Positions 50,207 to 64,000 of a stretch of DNA of 64,000 nt are shown in pieces (position 1 is the first letter of the stretch; each line of letters starts with the position of its first letter). Source of the DNA: Antedon mediterranea (Eukaryota; Animalia; Echinodermata). The stretch lies in assembly GCF_964355755.1 (NCBI RefSeq), contig NC_092680.1, positions 8,122,001-8,186,000 of the forward strand, in the 5' to 3' direction. The translations under genes were made by a program, and so were the position numbers. A model generated the notes under the pieces. The model ran no database searches, was not told the DNA's origin, and saw only the letters and a program-made list of their open reading frames with translations.

Positions 50207-50688
50207 TATAAACGAGATATAAATATTCGGCAATACCGTACGTAAATTATTATTGCAATACTGTACAAAGATTCGATAGTATGTAAACGAGATATAAAGA
50301 TTCGGCAATACCGTACGTAAATTATTAATGCAATACTGTATAAAATTCGATAGTATGTACATGAGATATAAAGGTTCGGCAATACCGTACGTAAATTATT
50401 ATTGCAATACTGTATAAAATTCGATAGTTAAATGTAAATGAGATATAAATATTCGGCAATACCGTACGTAAATTATTATTGCAATACTGTATAAAAATCG
50501 ATAGTATGTAAATGAGATATAAAGATTCGGCAATACCGTACGTAAATTATTATTATTGCAATACTGTATAAGGATTCAATAGTATATAAACGAGATATAA
50601 AGATTCGGCAATATCGTTTACGTAAATTATTATTGCAATACTGTATGAGGATTCAATAGTATGTAAACGAGATATAAAGGTTCGGCAA
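50207..50688. repeat. Intronic tandem repeat, about 70-bp unit, about 7 copies
   Basis: Unit AAACGAGATATAAAGATTCGGCAATACCGTACGTAAATTATTATTGCAATACTGTATAAAATTCGATAGTATGT in the RAE1 5'-UTR intron. Confidence 0.92.
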
Positions 50689-51217
50689 AATATATTTCGA
50701 TATATGTATTAGTTAATAGTAAATACAAATAAAATATACATTGATTTATCGGCAGGCAAACTTAATTATTATAGAAATATAAAGATTTGATAGTACATGA
50801 GTTGGCTTATATTTATTTAGCTGTAACTCAACTCGCCATAGGCCATGGCGTTGACAACGACAATCAAAGATTAAAGCGCACATGGCGTTCCATACAAATG
50901 ACGATATTAAACTGGCGGCCGCTTTGGTTGGCGGCCGCTTCGACCATACTCCCTACCTAGCCAGGCAGGCTTTTTATTTAGGCGGGATTACTAGCTAGGC
51001 TAGTAGCCTGGTAGGGGCCTAGCTTTTTAGGCCTATTGAGTATAGTATTTATTTCTATAATAGGCCTAGCTAGTAGTAGGCTTAGTTCTAGTTAGTACTC
51101 CATCCAGGCCTCGTATAGACTAGGCCTAGTACTATTTAACCTACCTTACCTAGTAGTAGGCTACGCCTAAAATTAAATATGCTTTTCTTGTATTACTAAT
51201 TAGGAAATATATATAAA

Positions 51218-54200
51218 ATGTTTGGTTCATCTAACACTGGATTTGGAAGTGGGGGTGGCTCGTTGTTTGGAGGGGCATCGTCAACAGGTACAGGAAATCA
51301 CAATCCGATGAAAGATATTGAAGTGACACCTCCACCAGGTGATAGCATCAGTGTTATCAAGTTTAGTCCGCCAACAATCCCAAACACATTCCTAATTGCA
51401 GGTTCCTGGGATAACATTGTAGGTATACTATTAATATTATTAATGAGCAAGAATTAGATATTCAATTTCAAGACAGAAATTGAAAAAAAAAATTGAATTA
51501 AAAAACCAATATACTAATTGGAAAAGCTCATCAAAAAACCAAAACCAGATTAAAAATCATACATCTTAATGTTCATGTTGTTATGTCATTTCAGCTCTGA
51601 ATAAAAGTAATTCAATAATTTATTATTCTTTTGTTCTTAAAGCTCTATAATATGATTAAATAATATATTTTTCTTGATCTTAATGAGATATCTTAGAATA
51701 GACTTCTATTTGAATTGCAGGTGCGTTGTTGGGAGATTCAGCAGACAGGACAGACAGTACCAAAAACACAACAAGTTCATGCAGGACCTGTTTTAGATGT
51801 TGCTTGGCATGATGTAAGAATAATGGATATTTCAAGAGATTTTTTTTAATTCCATTAATTGTCTATTCCTCTTTCGATGCCTTTAATTCCCTTACTTCCT
51901 CCCAATCCTAACAGCTTAATTTCATGCCTTTTTGTTGATGTAAAGTTAAGCTTGCTCTTTATCTTTAGGATGGAACAAAAGTATTCACAGCCTCATGTGA
52001 CAAAACAGCTAAAATGTGGGATCTTAGGAGTGACCAAGCGATTCAAGTTGCTCAGGTATTATAATATGGACAGATTTTGATTTTGTTGTTGCCAAACATT
52101 TGAGAGGTAGATTGGTATTAAATTCATGTTAGGTACAGGTTTTAGGAGAGTTTTATTTTGTTAATCATATTGTTTGTTTTTTATCTCTAGCATGATGCAC
52201 CAATCAAATCCATTCATTGGATAAAATCACCAAATTATTCTTGCATCATGACAGGTAGCTGGGACAAAACACTAAAAGTTAGTGTAAATGTTATTTTCAT
52301 TATTTTTTTGGTTCATTTATTATTTAAATAATTATTTACCAAATCAACGTTTGCTTGGAGTGCAATCATTGTCTCGATCAACATGCACTGAAGTATACAG
52401 TAGTTGCTCGTTGTCCCATGAATACCATTTAAACATTTTATTAATTGGCTTTGAATAATTTTCAGTTTTGGGACACAAGATCAGCTCAACCAATGATGAC
52501 ATTACAGCTACCAGAACGGTGTTATTGTGCAGATGTTGTGAGTAAACAATTCAGATGTGTTTAACATTATTTTGTGAATATTACAATACATTTGTTCATA
52601 ACATAACATAATCCAGACAACAAATGTTCAAATGAATGAGACACCAGATTATTAAATTTCAAGTATCTTTGAAATATGTTTCATAATGCACTTGTCAATT
52701 GTATGACCCACTGTCATTTGTCCGATGTGCGTCATACCTTATGAATACCATGACTCACCAGTGCGTCAAAAATATGACTTACCTTTAGGTGACCATGACG
52801 CACCCATTTTGACGCACTCTGACCATGTTGTTTATGATATGGTGGGTTTTAAAGTGACGGACATTGACACACCATTGTTCATTGATGTGACACACCATGT
52901 AAATTTTTTGACACAATAATTATTTGTAAATGACGCACCTCTCCCGGGGTCATATAGTGGGTCATATAATTGACAAGTGCATAATTCCTTACATACTGTT
53001 AACTCTCCCGAACCTTTTTGAAATCTCTCCAAAAGCCAGACTTTTATTAAGATCCAAATGTTCCCAGTTTCTTTTTTACCATTAAAAACTGAATACTAGA
53101 CTTTCAGAAAAGCATATAAGTGCAACCCAAGGTTGTCCAGTATTTGGAAAGTTTACTGTATTACAGTATGTAATTTTATCAGCCTTTCCTTGTTAATTCA
53201 TTTTTTAATTCATTTTTTAATTATCTTTATATATCTAGGTTTTTCCGATGGCTGTAGTTGGTACAGCAGGCCGCCATATCTTAATATATAGACTAGATGA
53301 CAATCAGCCAGTTGAATTCAAACGTATGGAATCACCGCTAAAATATCAGGTAAAAAATAAAGTTTAGAGAGTATTATAAATTATTGTTATTAGTAACAAT
53401 ATGAATTAATATTTTTGTATTAATTTTCTATATTTAATGACAATAGTTGTTGGGAAAAAAACAAAGTAAGTAAAATAAAAGCATTGTTATCCAATCAAAT
53501 TGGACTAACTATAACTAATTGTTTTCTAGCATCGATGCGTGTCAATATTCAAAGATACTAAAAAGAACACACCTGTTGGGTTTGCATTGGGGAGTATTGA
53601 AGGTCGATGTGCTATCCAATTTGTACAAGCTGCAAATCCGTAAGTCAGTTAAGTAACACCACTTAGCACTATTAATTAATACTTGTTAACTAAAGAATTG
53701 ATTTTTGGGCAGTGGACTATGTCACACGATTGGTTTTTTATGACTTGTTCATGGATTTATTGAATAAATATATTTGATTTTTGAACTTGAACTTGATTTT
53801 AAAATTAAAATGAAAATATATTATTTAATTTTGTGTTTTATAGAAAGGATAATTTTACATTTAAATGCCATCGCAACAATGGAGCATCATCCTCGTATCA
53901 AGATATTTATGCCGTATGTATATATTTATTCAGTCAACTCTCCCAATACCAAATATTTTTGGGCCGGCCTAATATGTCTGGTTTTTCAAAAGTTTTTAGG
54001 AGAATTGCCGCTTTTCACAGAGTTCAATATTGGAAAAGTCAACTGTAGTAACATTACTTTCATCATTCTTAACTAGCATTTGCAGCTGGCCCAGGCCCCC
54101 TAAATTTTAGGAAATTTCAATGCAAAAGATAGGACATTAGATTAAGTTCTTTTTTTTTAAATCCTGTGTCTGCCACTAATCCATTTCATAGGAAAGTGTC

Positions 54201-54855
54201 CCTAGGGGTGTTCCAACGGATGCCTAGCCCATCAACAACTTGTAATGATAAGCAATGACATATTATATTTCAACCATCTAGGTAAATTCCATCGCATTCC
54301 ACCCTGAGCATGGCACACTTGCAACTGCTGGATCAGACGGAAAATTTAGTTTCTGGGATAAAGATGCTAGAACCAAACTGAAGACTTCTGAACAGATGCT
54401 TCAACCAATCATAAGTTGTGATTTTAATGCCCAGGGTAACATATTTGGTTATGCGGTTGGATATGATTGGTCCAAGGTAAGTTATTTTTATTTCTGAATA
54501 ATTTTCAGGACACCATTTCTAGATTTAAAGCTTCCATTACTACTTGTTTAATTGCATCTGAATGCATCTTGTAGATCTAGCTAGTTTTAAAAGTTAGTTT
54601 TAGAAGAGACAACTTTATTTGGATTAGCATTGTATTCATACTACTGTACCTTGGTCTCTCAATTAATCTCCAGTGCATTCCCTCGACTACCCTTGGCCTC
54701 CCAAAGGAGATTATTGTCAGTTTAGGAGAGCATATATGTAGGTAACATTAATATCTTTTTAGGGACACGATTATTACGACAGTAAAAAAAAGAACTGCAT
54801 CTTTCTCCGAGGAAACGCAACAGATGAGCTTCGACCAAGAAACAGAAGGAAATAA
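51218..54855 (+). CDS. RAE1: mRNA export factor RAE1/Gle2 (WD40 repeat)
   Basis: Exons 51218-51418, 51721-51813, 51969-52055, 52191-52277, 52466-52537, 53239-53349, 53530-53639, 53844-53913, 54282-54476, 54763-54855. Motifs: [90 protein letters not shown]. Confidence 0.97.
52687..52981. mobile_element. MITE family C (about 295 bp, TAA-flanked, Harbinger-like)
   Basis: TAA-TGCACTTGTCAATTGTATGACCCACT...AGTGGGTCATATAATTGACAAGTGCA-TAA, an inverted homolog of 27700-28017. Confidence 0.85.
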
Positions 54856-57318
54856 ATTCTTGTGAATTCTATTTTGTATGCTAAAATAAACTATTACGTT
54901 TTATAAAATAAGAACAAGAAACTCAAATTGAAGACATAAGGAACCTGCATTCTATAAGTTATGATATGCAGAATTAAGATACTTACTTTCGTGACATATA
55001 CTACAACATTGGTACAATACAGTAATGTACATTTGTTTACAAAAGAGGTTGGAGCTGATTTTTACACACTTTGAGAATTAAGCTTCTTCAAGTGATATGT
55101 GTGTGTGTTATCCTTGCCTTTAACATTAAAATTCCTATTGTTAATACATCAGCTATGTTCCAAGATGCTCTATTGCTGGTCCTAGAATTAACAGTGGATT
55201 AAGGTATAATATGGATAAAAGTGTAACCTTGCAACTTTCATTAGTAATCTAAGTGTATCACAGAAAAATAAATAAGATGTATATATAATTGACAGTGGAT
55301 AAGCTAGTAATGTCATGGATGTTGTAGTTTTTTAATGGTTAACAACTGATCACTAGGCCCAAAGTTGTAGACTAAAATCATCTGGCTTTATATATCATAT
55401 CTGGCTTTTTGAAATTATGTCCTTTAAAGTGACTTGAAAACGTATCACTAGGCCTGAAGTTGTCGACTAAAAAAATCATCTAGCTTTATTTATCATTACT
55501 ACATACTGTAGTTCCATAAATACTTTCATTACAAACATCACAAGGACCAGAAATCGATGTGAATGTGATGTTTGTTAAAATAGGCCTATAGATATTCTAT
55601 CTTTGTAAGATAGTAAAGAGAATTGTATGCAGCAAAAATATGCTGTGAAATGGGTCCGCCAGCAAGCCCCGCAAAATCCTACATGTCCTACCAGAAGTCA
55701 AATTATATAAAATACGGTATATTTAGCGTTCTAAATTGCATTTTCATCAATTAAAACATACATCACGATTTTGTCGTCAGAAATATTCAAAATCAATGTT
55801 TGCCGTCATAACGGAAGCACACTAGTGACGAATTGTGCATTCTCGTTGCTGAACGATTTTTACCCCAAAATCGTTCTAACAGTATGGTTTTATAAATGAA
55901 AATAAAATTATATTTCGTAAAATAATTTATTTAACAGGACTTTGTCGGGCTTTGTGTTTAGGAGGACACTCTTGGACACCTAATGATAACCCAAGTCTGA
56001 TCATTAAGCAATATACAGTATACGATTTACTCAGATACCACTGACCCTCTATATCAATAAATTGAAATAATGTACAGACTGTCGTCTTATGAAAATGTAT
56101 TATTTATTATGAAATTGATAAATGGTTAATAAATGAAAGAGCTTCAAATATCAACGTATCGAAATGACCATAAATTAGTCGTTATCGAAACATATTAGAA
56201 ACTGAAGTATGTTTGTATCTTGGACATAAAGCTCTATCTACACTATCAAACTTTATGTGACAAAAAAATGTGCCCATCGACATAGCGATGTCATAGCACT
56301 TCCATATTTGGGCGCATCACACTTTTTTTGTCAAAATAGTCCATAGTGTAGGCATAGCTTAATGTTTATAATAAAAGTAAAAACGTATGCCTCAGTAGGT
56401 ATACTTTAATTGACGGGTAGGCCTACTGCAATGCAATTTCGTAAAATTATATTTATAAGCGAGTTTGTATATAAACGTAACCGTCTAAATGGTTTAATTC
56501 GTCCATCAATGCCCTAATACTTTCATTTCTTTTAATATTCTAGACAGCTCGCATCTTAATTTTTACTTTCGAAAAGTTCTAATTTGCTTTCATTGAAGAA
56601 AGCTGTAATCTGAACTACCCTATTAGTACACTATTAATACCTGTATTTGATTGCCGTCACATTTTACTACTGAAATATACTGTTTACATCGGTAACTTTG
56701 GACAACCGATCTTTTGGATATATTTTCTTGTCTTTGTGATACAATTGACTCGGTGATTTATTCTGCGATTAGTCATTCTAGATTGACCGCAATTTACAGA
56801 ACGCTTTTTCTTTCACCAATCATTTTTTTTATTTCTAAAATCTTTTGTTGTCACTTGGGACGGAAGAGTCCGTGACTATTTCCTTATGTTGACATACTGT
56901 TATGCAACATGACTATTTCTGAATCAATGTTCTGACCTTATTCGTGATGCCTTGCGATAACAGTACTAAGTCCATTGCTAGAAACACGTCCAGGACTTCC
57001 TATAGGGCATAATGTACAATAATGATTGAAGCTTGTTTTACAGCATTATTATACTATGCATAATTATATACAAATATTTATTTTAAAACATATAAAAGTG
57101 TTAGATCTGTCGTATATACAATATTAATAATTTGCAAAAAAAAGTAATGTATTTCTTCATTATACCGATTAAAAATAAATCGAAAAATAAGTACCAGCAG
57201 CTATTTATATATAAATTGTTCGCGAATCATTCAACTGATTAATATTCCGTATTAAAACCACTATATAATAAAAATAAAACTCAGTACAAAACAAATAAAG
57301 TCCGGATAAATGTTATCC

Positions 57319-60300
57319 TCATAAAGCATCATCTTCCTTAGTTTCATCTCGCTCAAAAGCTTCGTTATGTATACCTATATCTTCTTCATGGTCATATGGT
57401 TCGTATATTACATTGTCCACCATTTCTAAAGTATCTGGATCTAATTCTGTATCCGAAACTTCTTCTACGGGCTCATCAATAAACAGACTAGCTCGTTCAA
57501 CTCTTTCTCTAACGCCATCTTGAGAGATCAACTCTTCTTGTACCTGACGTATAATGTCAGGTATTGTACTGTATAGATGATCTGATCTAGAACTGTCAGG
57601 GCGTGTTCTCTTAATTTTCTTAGATGTTCGATTTGAACCGTCTCGGGACCGTGCCCCGGCTGAATCGCTGCTCACTACACTAATTTTCTTAGGTTTTGCA
57701 TATTCAGCAGAAGCTTTCTGCTGCTGGTGACGATGAAATAGAGAAGTTAATGACGTGCTTCTAAATAGTTCTTTAATTCCTCGTAAAGATGGTAAACTAT
57801 TACTTTTCACATGTCTAGATGTCATGTCACGTTCAAAACCAATGAATTCAGGAATTTCAACAGATTTGCTAGGCCTTCCATGGTGGCCATGTCCATGTCT
57901 AATTGTGTCTTTTACACCACTAAGATCGTCGTAAATTCGTCTTGTTTTAAATTTGATAGTCATATAACCAGAAGCACGCTGTCTTGAAACAGGTATTACT
58001 TGTATCTGTGACAGGCTCCCTAGTCCTTCTACTTCTATGGGACGCCTTAGAAGGCTGTGGAAAGAGAAATCGTAATAATCAATAACATAATCATGTTCAC
58101 GTGATACATATCATGGACCTAGAAAGTAAAGTTGTTTAAAATACAACTGTGAAAGCAACATTTGAATTTCAGACGGCTCCAACTTTTTTTTGGTAAATTT
58201 CCAGTTTCAGTGACACGTTATGCGTCTCTTCTGAACAACAGTATGTATAATACACAGTAAGTGGCTTTAAACGCCGACTAACCATATCGTTATGCGCTCT
58301 TCACACGCGTCCGATAACGCCAGACATGACAAATACCCCTAGCCTGTGTATACGTACCCATGATTAACACATTAACTACAAACAACATAAATTAATAATA
58401 TAGATGTTTTAAAACTCACCGTCTTCTTCTCCAGATGTACACATGTAACAATAAACTCAGCAGAACAATCCCGACAGTAGCTGCGAACAGTCCCATTGCT
58501 ATTGCGAGTGCATTCACTAAAAAAAAGTCGTGTAGTATTTAATTTAAACATATTAAGGAACTTAATGCTGGTATCTTCTACTATTTCGATGATTCTATTG
58601 TATCATTACATTTTTAAGATGCCTTGGCACTCGTTGTCAGTTTAGGCCTAGGCAAAGCGTTTTGAATGTAGTTTTATCAAAGTTTTGCTATAAAATATAA
58701 CTGTACCATTAACGAATGAGTATGGTTAACGTGGCCTAGCTTGAAATCATGGGTAGGTGTATAGCATTAGTGCATTTCATAGACAAAAACAGTGAAAAAG
58801 TCTTGCATGAATAAATATTGTTTTACAAACCATAGATTTATTTAATATCCTGTAATTGCCGATTATAATGAAATGAATGAATTCCTTAACAGACAGTTGA
58901 TGATTCATTAATAAGTCGACTCATGTAATAATTATAGAAAACATAAAACAGTTCAGTTATTTTTTTTGTGGGCTCTTCTCGGAGTGATGCATCAAAGGAT
59001 ACAGACCCGATTATCAACTTTCCTTTACATGATTTAAGATTATTAGAGGATGTTTCATTTACTCATAAAGATTAAGTAGCAATTACCCGATAATAAACAA
59101 ATTAACATAAATTCTGTTAAAATCGAACATATGATGATAATGTTAGTTTGACTTCAACATAACCTTTATCTAGGCTTACTCATAATTTGTGCCAAAAATA
59201 TAATCTGAAAACAAAACGATTAGACCTACTTTAGAAGTTAGGCTCAGTGGTCTTTCACTCGTTCGGTAATGGTAGTAATAACATGCGCTAAAGAATCGGC
59301 GGACGCACGAATAGAATTGCAGGGATTTTTTTAAAGAACACGATGACATCATAGTATGTATAACGAATTGTCATAGTAGGCCTACTAAGATTAGAGGAGA
59401 TTTTGCCAAACATTACCTGAAACAAGTTTTGTTTTTTGGTTGATTTCAGATTCGTTGGTGGGTATCACCGTTCGTTGTGGAAAGAACGTTGGAAAAATAA
59501 TAGTCTCATTTCCGTCCAAAATGTGTACAGTAACATCCACTGCGTCTGAATATTTTGAGATAACGAAAAACATATTTATTTAATTATATAATAAACATAT
59601 TTTACGACAGTTAAAGTTATATAAAAATTGAAGGTCACAAAAGTGAAAGCTAAACATCTAAGTAAACATGAATAATATTGTTATGCAGTTTCTTGCCTCC
59701 TGACCAGGCCTACAACCGTACCGTTCTCACTTACTGCGTTATGCCAAATCTTTCGACAAGCTTGGTGTATTATAGGCTTCGGAATCTTGAAGACAATAGT
59801 TCGATTTCCGTCGATGTGGTTTATTAGTGAGAAAAATTATTTAGAGGGTTAGTAGGTTCAGTTCTGGGCTTTCGTGTGTTATAGGTAAGCATGTTACCTT
59901 CGTTTGACATGATAGCCCTGCCGTTTAATGTATTGTCTCTAGACATAGTACCGTTACGAGAATCGACTTCATATTCTGGACTTTATAAGAATTCGTTTAA
60001 ATTGATATCGTGAGTAACATTTTTTTAAACGTGAAATAGGCCTACCTCCAAACGCATCCATGATGGCAATGTCATCAATTGCAATGTCACCATCTCCAGA
60101 TACACTCCCTTCAAATACTATCTTTAAAAAAAATGAAATTTATTTGTTATTATCCGCTTTTTACTAGCTAGAGGCCATAGTAAGTAAAACTGTCAAGCTG
60201 TATGTTTGACTACCCCGTCTGATACAGCAGCGTCATCGTCCTTAAAGTACATAATCATTCGTCACCTTCGCCAACATCATCGTCATCATATCATTATCTA

Positions 60301-60798
60301 TTTATCCTCATAATAATGTATCCCATTGTCATCCAACAAATAAATACATTTCAAAATCCCAACTCTACGTTTGAATTTTGTACTAATGTTTCTGACGGAT
60401 GTGTGGTCTCGTGATAAAAATCTTTTGCCGGATCTCGTAAAACATTATTTGGGGCACAATGTTGGTGTTTTTCACCGGTTGGTCCCCGTTCTTTCTCTTC
60501 CAGAGTATTCCCAGACAATGAGAAACTAGAATACATCGTACCTTGAACGTATGATTACAGCTGAGCAAGACATCCGCGCGAAGCCAGGTGTTTCCCGTTA
60601 CGTCTGATAGTGTGTAGACTAGCTCGTCATCACACGCGTAGATGTTTAGCGTAACGTTGAAGTTCACAGAATCTCCGTGCATGACGTAGTAATAGAAAGA
60701 CATGTAACCCATTCCGCCTGTTAAATCTATGGAGGGAGAAAACACTCTGGCTTCTGTCTCTGATGTTGAATTTTCAGAAAATAAGTGTATGTAATGAC
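57319..60798 (-). CDS. MAM-domain type I membrane protein, 3' part (5' exons unresolved)
   Basis: MAM exons 60798-60542 and 60121-60046 (GHYIHL...ARVFSP...SFYYVMHG...GNTWLRADV...FKIVFEG...GDIAIDDI); stalk 59975-59898 and 59545-59417; TM 58516-58420 (ALAIAMGLFAATVGIVLLSLLLHVYIW-RRRR); about 245-aa cytoplasmic tail 58054-57319. All phases are compatible. Confidence 0.85.
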
Positions 60799-63700
60799 CT
60801 GTGGAATAATGTTAAAGGTTTTAGTTAAACTCATTTGTTGATAAGATTACTATATACACACCTACATTGTATAAAGGAATGCAAAATGAAAAAAGCAATG
60901 AACATACATGTAAAAAAACAAGAAATTAAGAATCGAATGTGATTGTTTTGGTAGAGAAGAGAGTTGTTATGTCAAATGCACAAATTAGTACACCATCCCG
61001 ATTCCTACAGATACAAAAATGCATCGCATGTTGTTGATACTGTGTGTATAGGCCTACCAGTAAACTATGCATATAAAAATGATGTATGCCATGGATTCTT
61101 GTATAAATGTATAACCGTCACTAACATCACCGAGTGACACAAAAATAGCATGATTCACTATTACGCGAATTTTCTTTTATAACACGTAAACGCATAAACA
61201 CTCAACTAACTGTAATGGGTATCATAACAGGTGGCAATTCCAGGTGTACGTTTTATGTATATATTATTTAAAATACATCTAGTATAATTACCGCATTTAC
61301 GTAATTGTCTGCTGAAATGAAAGTGTTCTACATGGAGATCTATGACACATTTTTGTACTGTACTATAAAAGTATGGTATTGTTGTATACGCAATGTTTTT
61401 TTGAAATCATGAGTAAGCCATACGATTACACGCTTTATTTGAAAAAGAAAATTGAAACTATTATTTTCTGTCGTTATTAAACGGTCGAATTGATGTGTTC
61501 AATTGGATTAATCCATGACTCTACATATTACCAAGCTTCTGTAATATGATATAATGTAATATGGTATTATGACCATACAGATATATACATACATTAACCC
61601 CTATTAAAGGGACACCTTCGGGACCGAACAATATATGTTATCTTAATAGGAGTGTCCCCTGAATAGGGGAATGCCCGAAGTGTTAAAACATGTTGCCCTT
61701 CCTAACATGAATTAGGGTGTCCCAAATTAGGAGGTCTTATACTGTATACAAAAAGGCTTTTTGGAGGTTTTTAAGCATTGTGTCATGTGTTTTATTTATT
61801 GTTGAGGTATATTCCATCAATGATATACTGTATATGGAGAGGGTGGTTTAAAAAAAAACACTTATTATTGCAAAGTTTTTTATATGTTATATGTTTTTTT
61901 AAAAATTGATCTGTATTTATAAAACCGTGATTATTGTTGTTAACTTTTTTTCTCAAAGTTCTGTCTACACTATCAAACTTTTAACAACATCGAATGATTA
62001 ACTAGGCCAAGCTACACTACCTGTTAATGTTACAAATATATATTACAATCTCAAAATGTATAAATGGTATGTTAAAACAAAACTAATTCCCATTGAAAAT
62101 ACCCGTAAGCCTGGGCTCCCCTTACTGATATTCGTTCCAGACATTGGCTGTTACATTTATTCAACCACACAATTCGCCAGGACGCGTTCATTCACTCAAA
62201 ATAAATTTCCACTGAAATCATTCATAACATTTTGAAACGTATATATGAGATAAGGTTAGAATTTATTAGATAATTAGGTACACGAACCTGACTAATACTG
62301 ATGGCAAATAAAGCATGAAAATACGTTAGTAGCTACACATTAAAGTATCAAAAGTAATTATTGCTTCTATCCTCGAATTAACATTTATTTTGTAGGATTA
62401 AACGGACTAAAAAACTGTTGTGACATTATAGATTATATGCATAATTCCTTATTTAATTAATATATATTATAAGAACAGTTATATTTAGACTACATATCTC
62501 GCTCCGCTACCTTACTTTAACGGATAGAATGTTCTCAACTTAATTCTGATTCTGATTTGTAAACTGACAACGTTTTAAGCTGTCAGTAATCATGATTAAA
62601 GCGAATTCTATAAAACATTAAACGAACTATAACGAACAGTAATTCCGAACTATGATTATACATAAATATTTTAAACATTGTAATAAAATGTTAAAGTTTT
62701 AATTATGTCCAACTGAATTTTTTTCAGTATTAACTAACTTAGTTGGCATCATTTTTTAGACCTCTTGGGTGGGATTCTTTTCGAGATGGGCTTCTTTTCG
62801 AGATTAGTTTTGCAGACTGAAAAGAAATGAAATGAATGCTGTACATGTTAACTTGATGACGTTGTTTTGTACACATTCTTCTTGAGATTAGTGTATAATA
62901 TCATAATACTGTATATTCATTATTAAGGATTTTGATTTATAGACGATAGCCTATAGAAATAATAAAGTCACAATGTTCATAAATTGATCATGATCATGTC
63001 ACTTCCTGTCTTCCGTGACACAGTATCAAATTTTAATGATGTTTTAATGATATCTTATAAGTTATTATTCTTAGATATCAAGGTCATATTAATCTGTAGC
63101 AATTATGATTGGTTATTTAATTATTATAAGGAAAAGTTATTAATTTATTTAGCTTTTTGTTTTGATGTTAAGCATTACACAACTGCCTTGGAATTTCACT
63201 TGAATTACGAAAAAGAGAGGTTTAGGTTTTGTATGTATTATTTTTAATGTATTGTGTTTTTTTTACATTTTAATTCCGAATTATCTATTTTCCCTTCGTG
63301 TTTTCGATGTATGTATTTTTGTATATATCTTTTAATTGTTTGCGTTGTAGTGAACAAAAAATCAACCAATTATTAAAATAAGGCTCCTGTTTGATAATGA
63401 ATACTGATGAGGCGGCGACATTCAGTGATTCATTATGTATGCTGTATATGTTATATATTAAGACACAAACAAGAAACAAATTACCTTTGAAACAAATTAC
63501 TTTTTCTTGAAAAAAGACTAAGCATGTTTGTAAAAATAAATTAAAAGTTAAGTGGCATTGAAACTATAGTAAGACAACAATAATATTGTACGTGTTTTAA
63601 CGAATAATTCATGTATAGTACCTTGTTATGTCATGTTAATAAGAAATAAGAGTGTGACGAAGTCACAAACGGTATATTATAATATGTGTTATTTTATACT

Positions 63701-64000
63701 TCTCAAAATTCTCATTTTAACAGTAGGCCTATTGAAAAGGAGGTTTCAGTGTACAATTTCAATGACTAAAGGATTTCCGTTAGTTAACCCGAAGGCAGCT
63801 TACCAAGTGGTGCATGATCCTTCCCAAAAATTATAAAACGTTGAATTTTAAAAGCCATGTTGAAAGTAACGGACACTCATCAGTAACTCACAGTTGTTTT
63901 CTCAGAGAAAAAAAACACGATGTTGTTGGTGTACCATTGATTAATAAGGACCAACATTTTAGTATTATTTTTTTCTTAACACCGGTGAAACTAGCCGTGT

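Noticed and set aside
50144-50382. ORFs with repeated YCNNNLRTVLPN peptides
   Set aside because: These are translations of the 70-bp intronic tandem repeat.
62103-62210. Candidate upstream exon of the MAM gene
   Set aside because: The open frames end in phase 0 or 2 at the available donor, while the MAM exon needs phase 1, and no signal peptide is visible. Left unassigned.

Overview
AT-rich, intron-containing eukaryotic DNA from an invertebrate animal. An echinoderm is a weak inference from the C-type-lectin/HYR architecture and repeat content. No prokaryotic features, CRISPR array, rRNA or clear tRNA were found. Exons were spliced by hand using GT-AG boundaries and phase checks. Gene order: 3' end of a single-pass membrane gene (+); a 2x C-type-lectin-like, 2x HYR, TM receptor (+) with an intronic (GAT)n tract; two tandem paralogs of a single-MRH-like (mannose-6-phosphate-receptor homology) type I membrane protein (-), separated by a 2.7-kb 47/50-bp minisatellite; ELOC (+); RNASEH1 (-) head-to-head with RPS7 (+); an RTN4IP1-like reductase (-) with an unusual hydrophobic N-terminus; a degenerate LINE with two nested insertions; EIF2S1 (-) head-to-head with RAE1 (+); and a MAM-domain TM gene (-) whose 5' end is unresolved. 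The left MRH-like paralog has a truncated tail, an intronic LINE and a 3-kb foldback transposon in its last exon. Several MITE families are scattered throughout. I see no unambiguous new biological system. The best leads are the diverging MRH-like pair, the lectin/HYR gene with an in-frame poly-Asp tract and a decayed Cys-rich exon, the long-TIR element, and the vertebrate-like RNASEH1-RPS7 arrangement.
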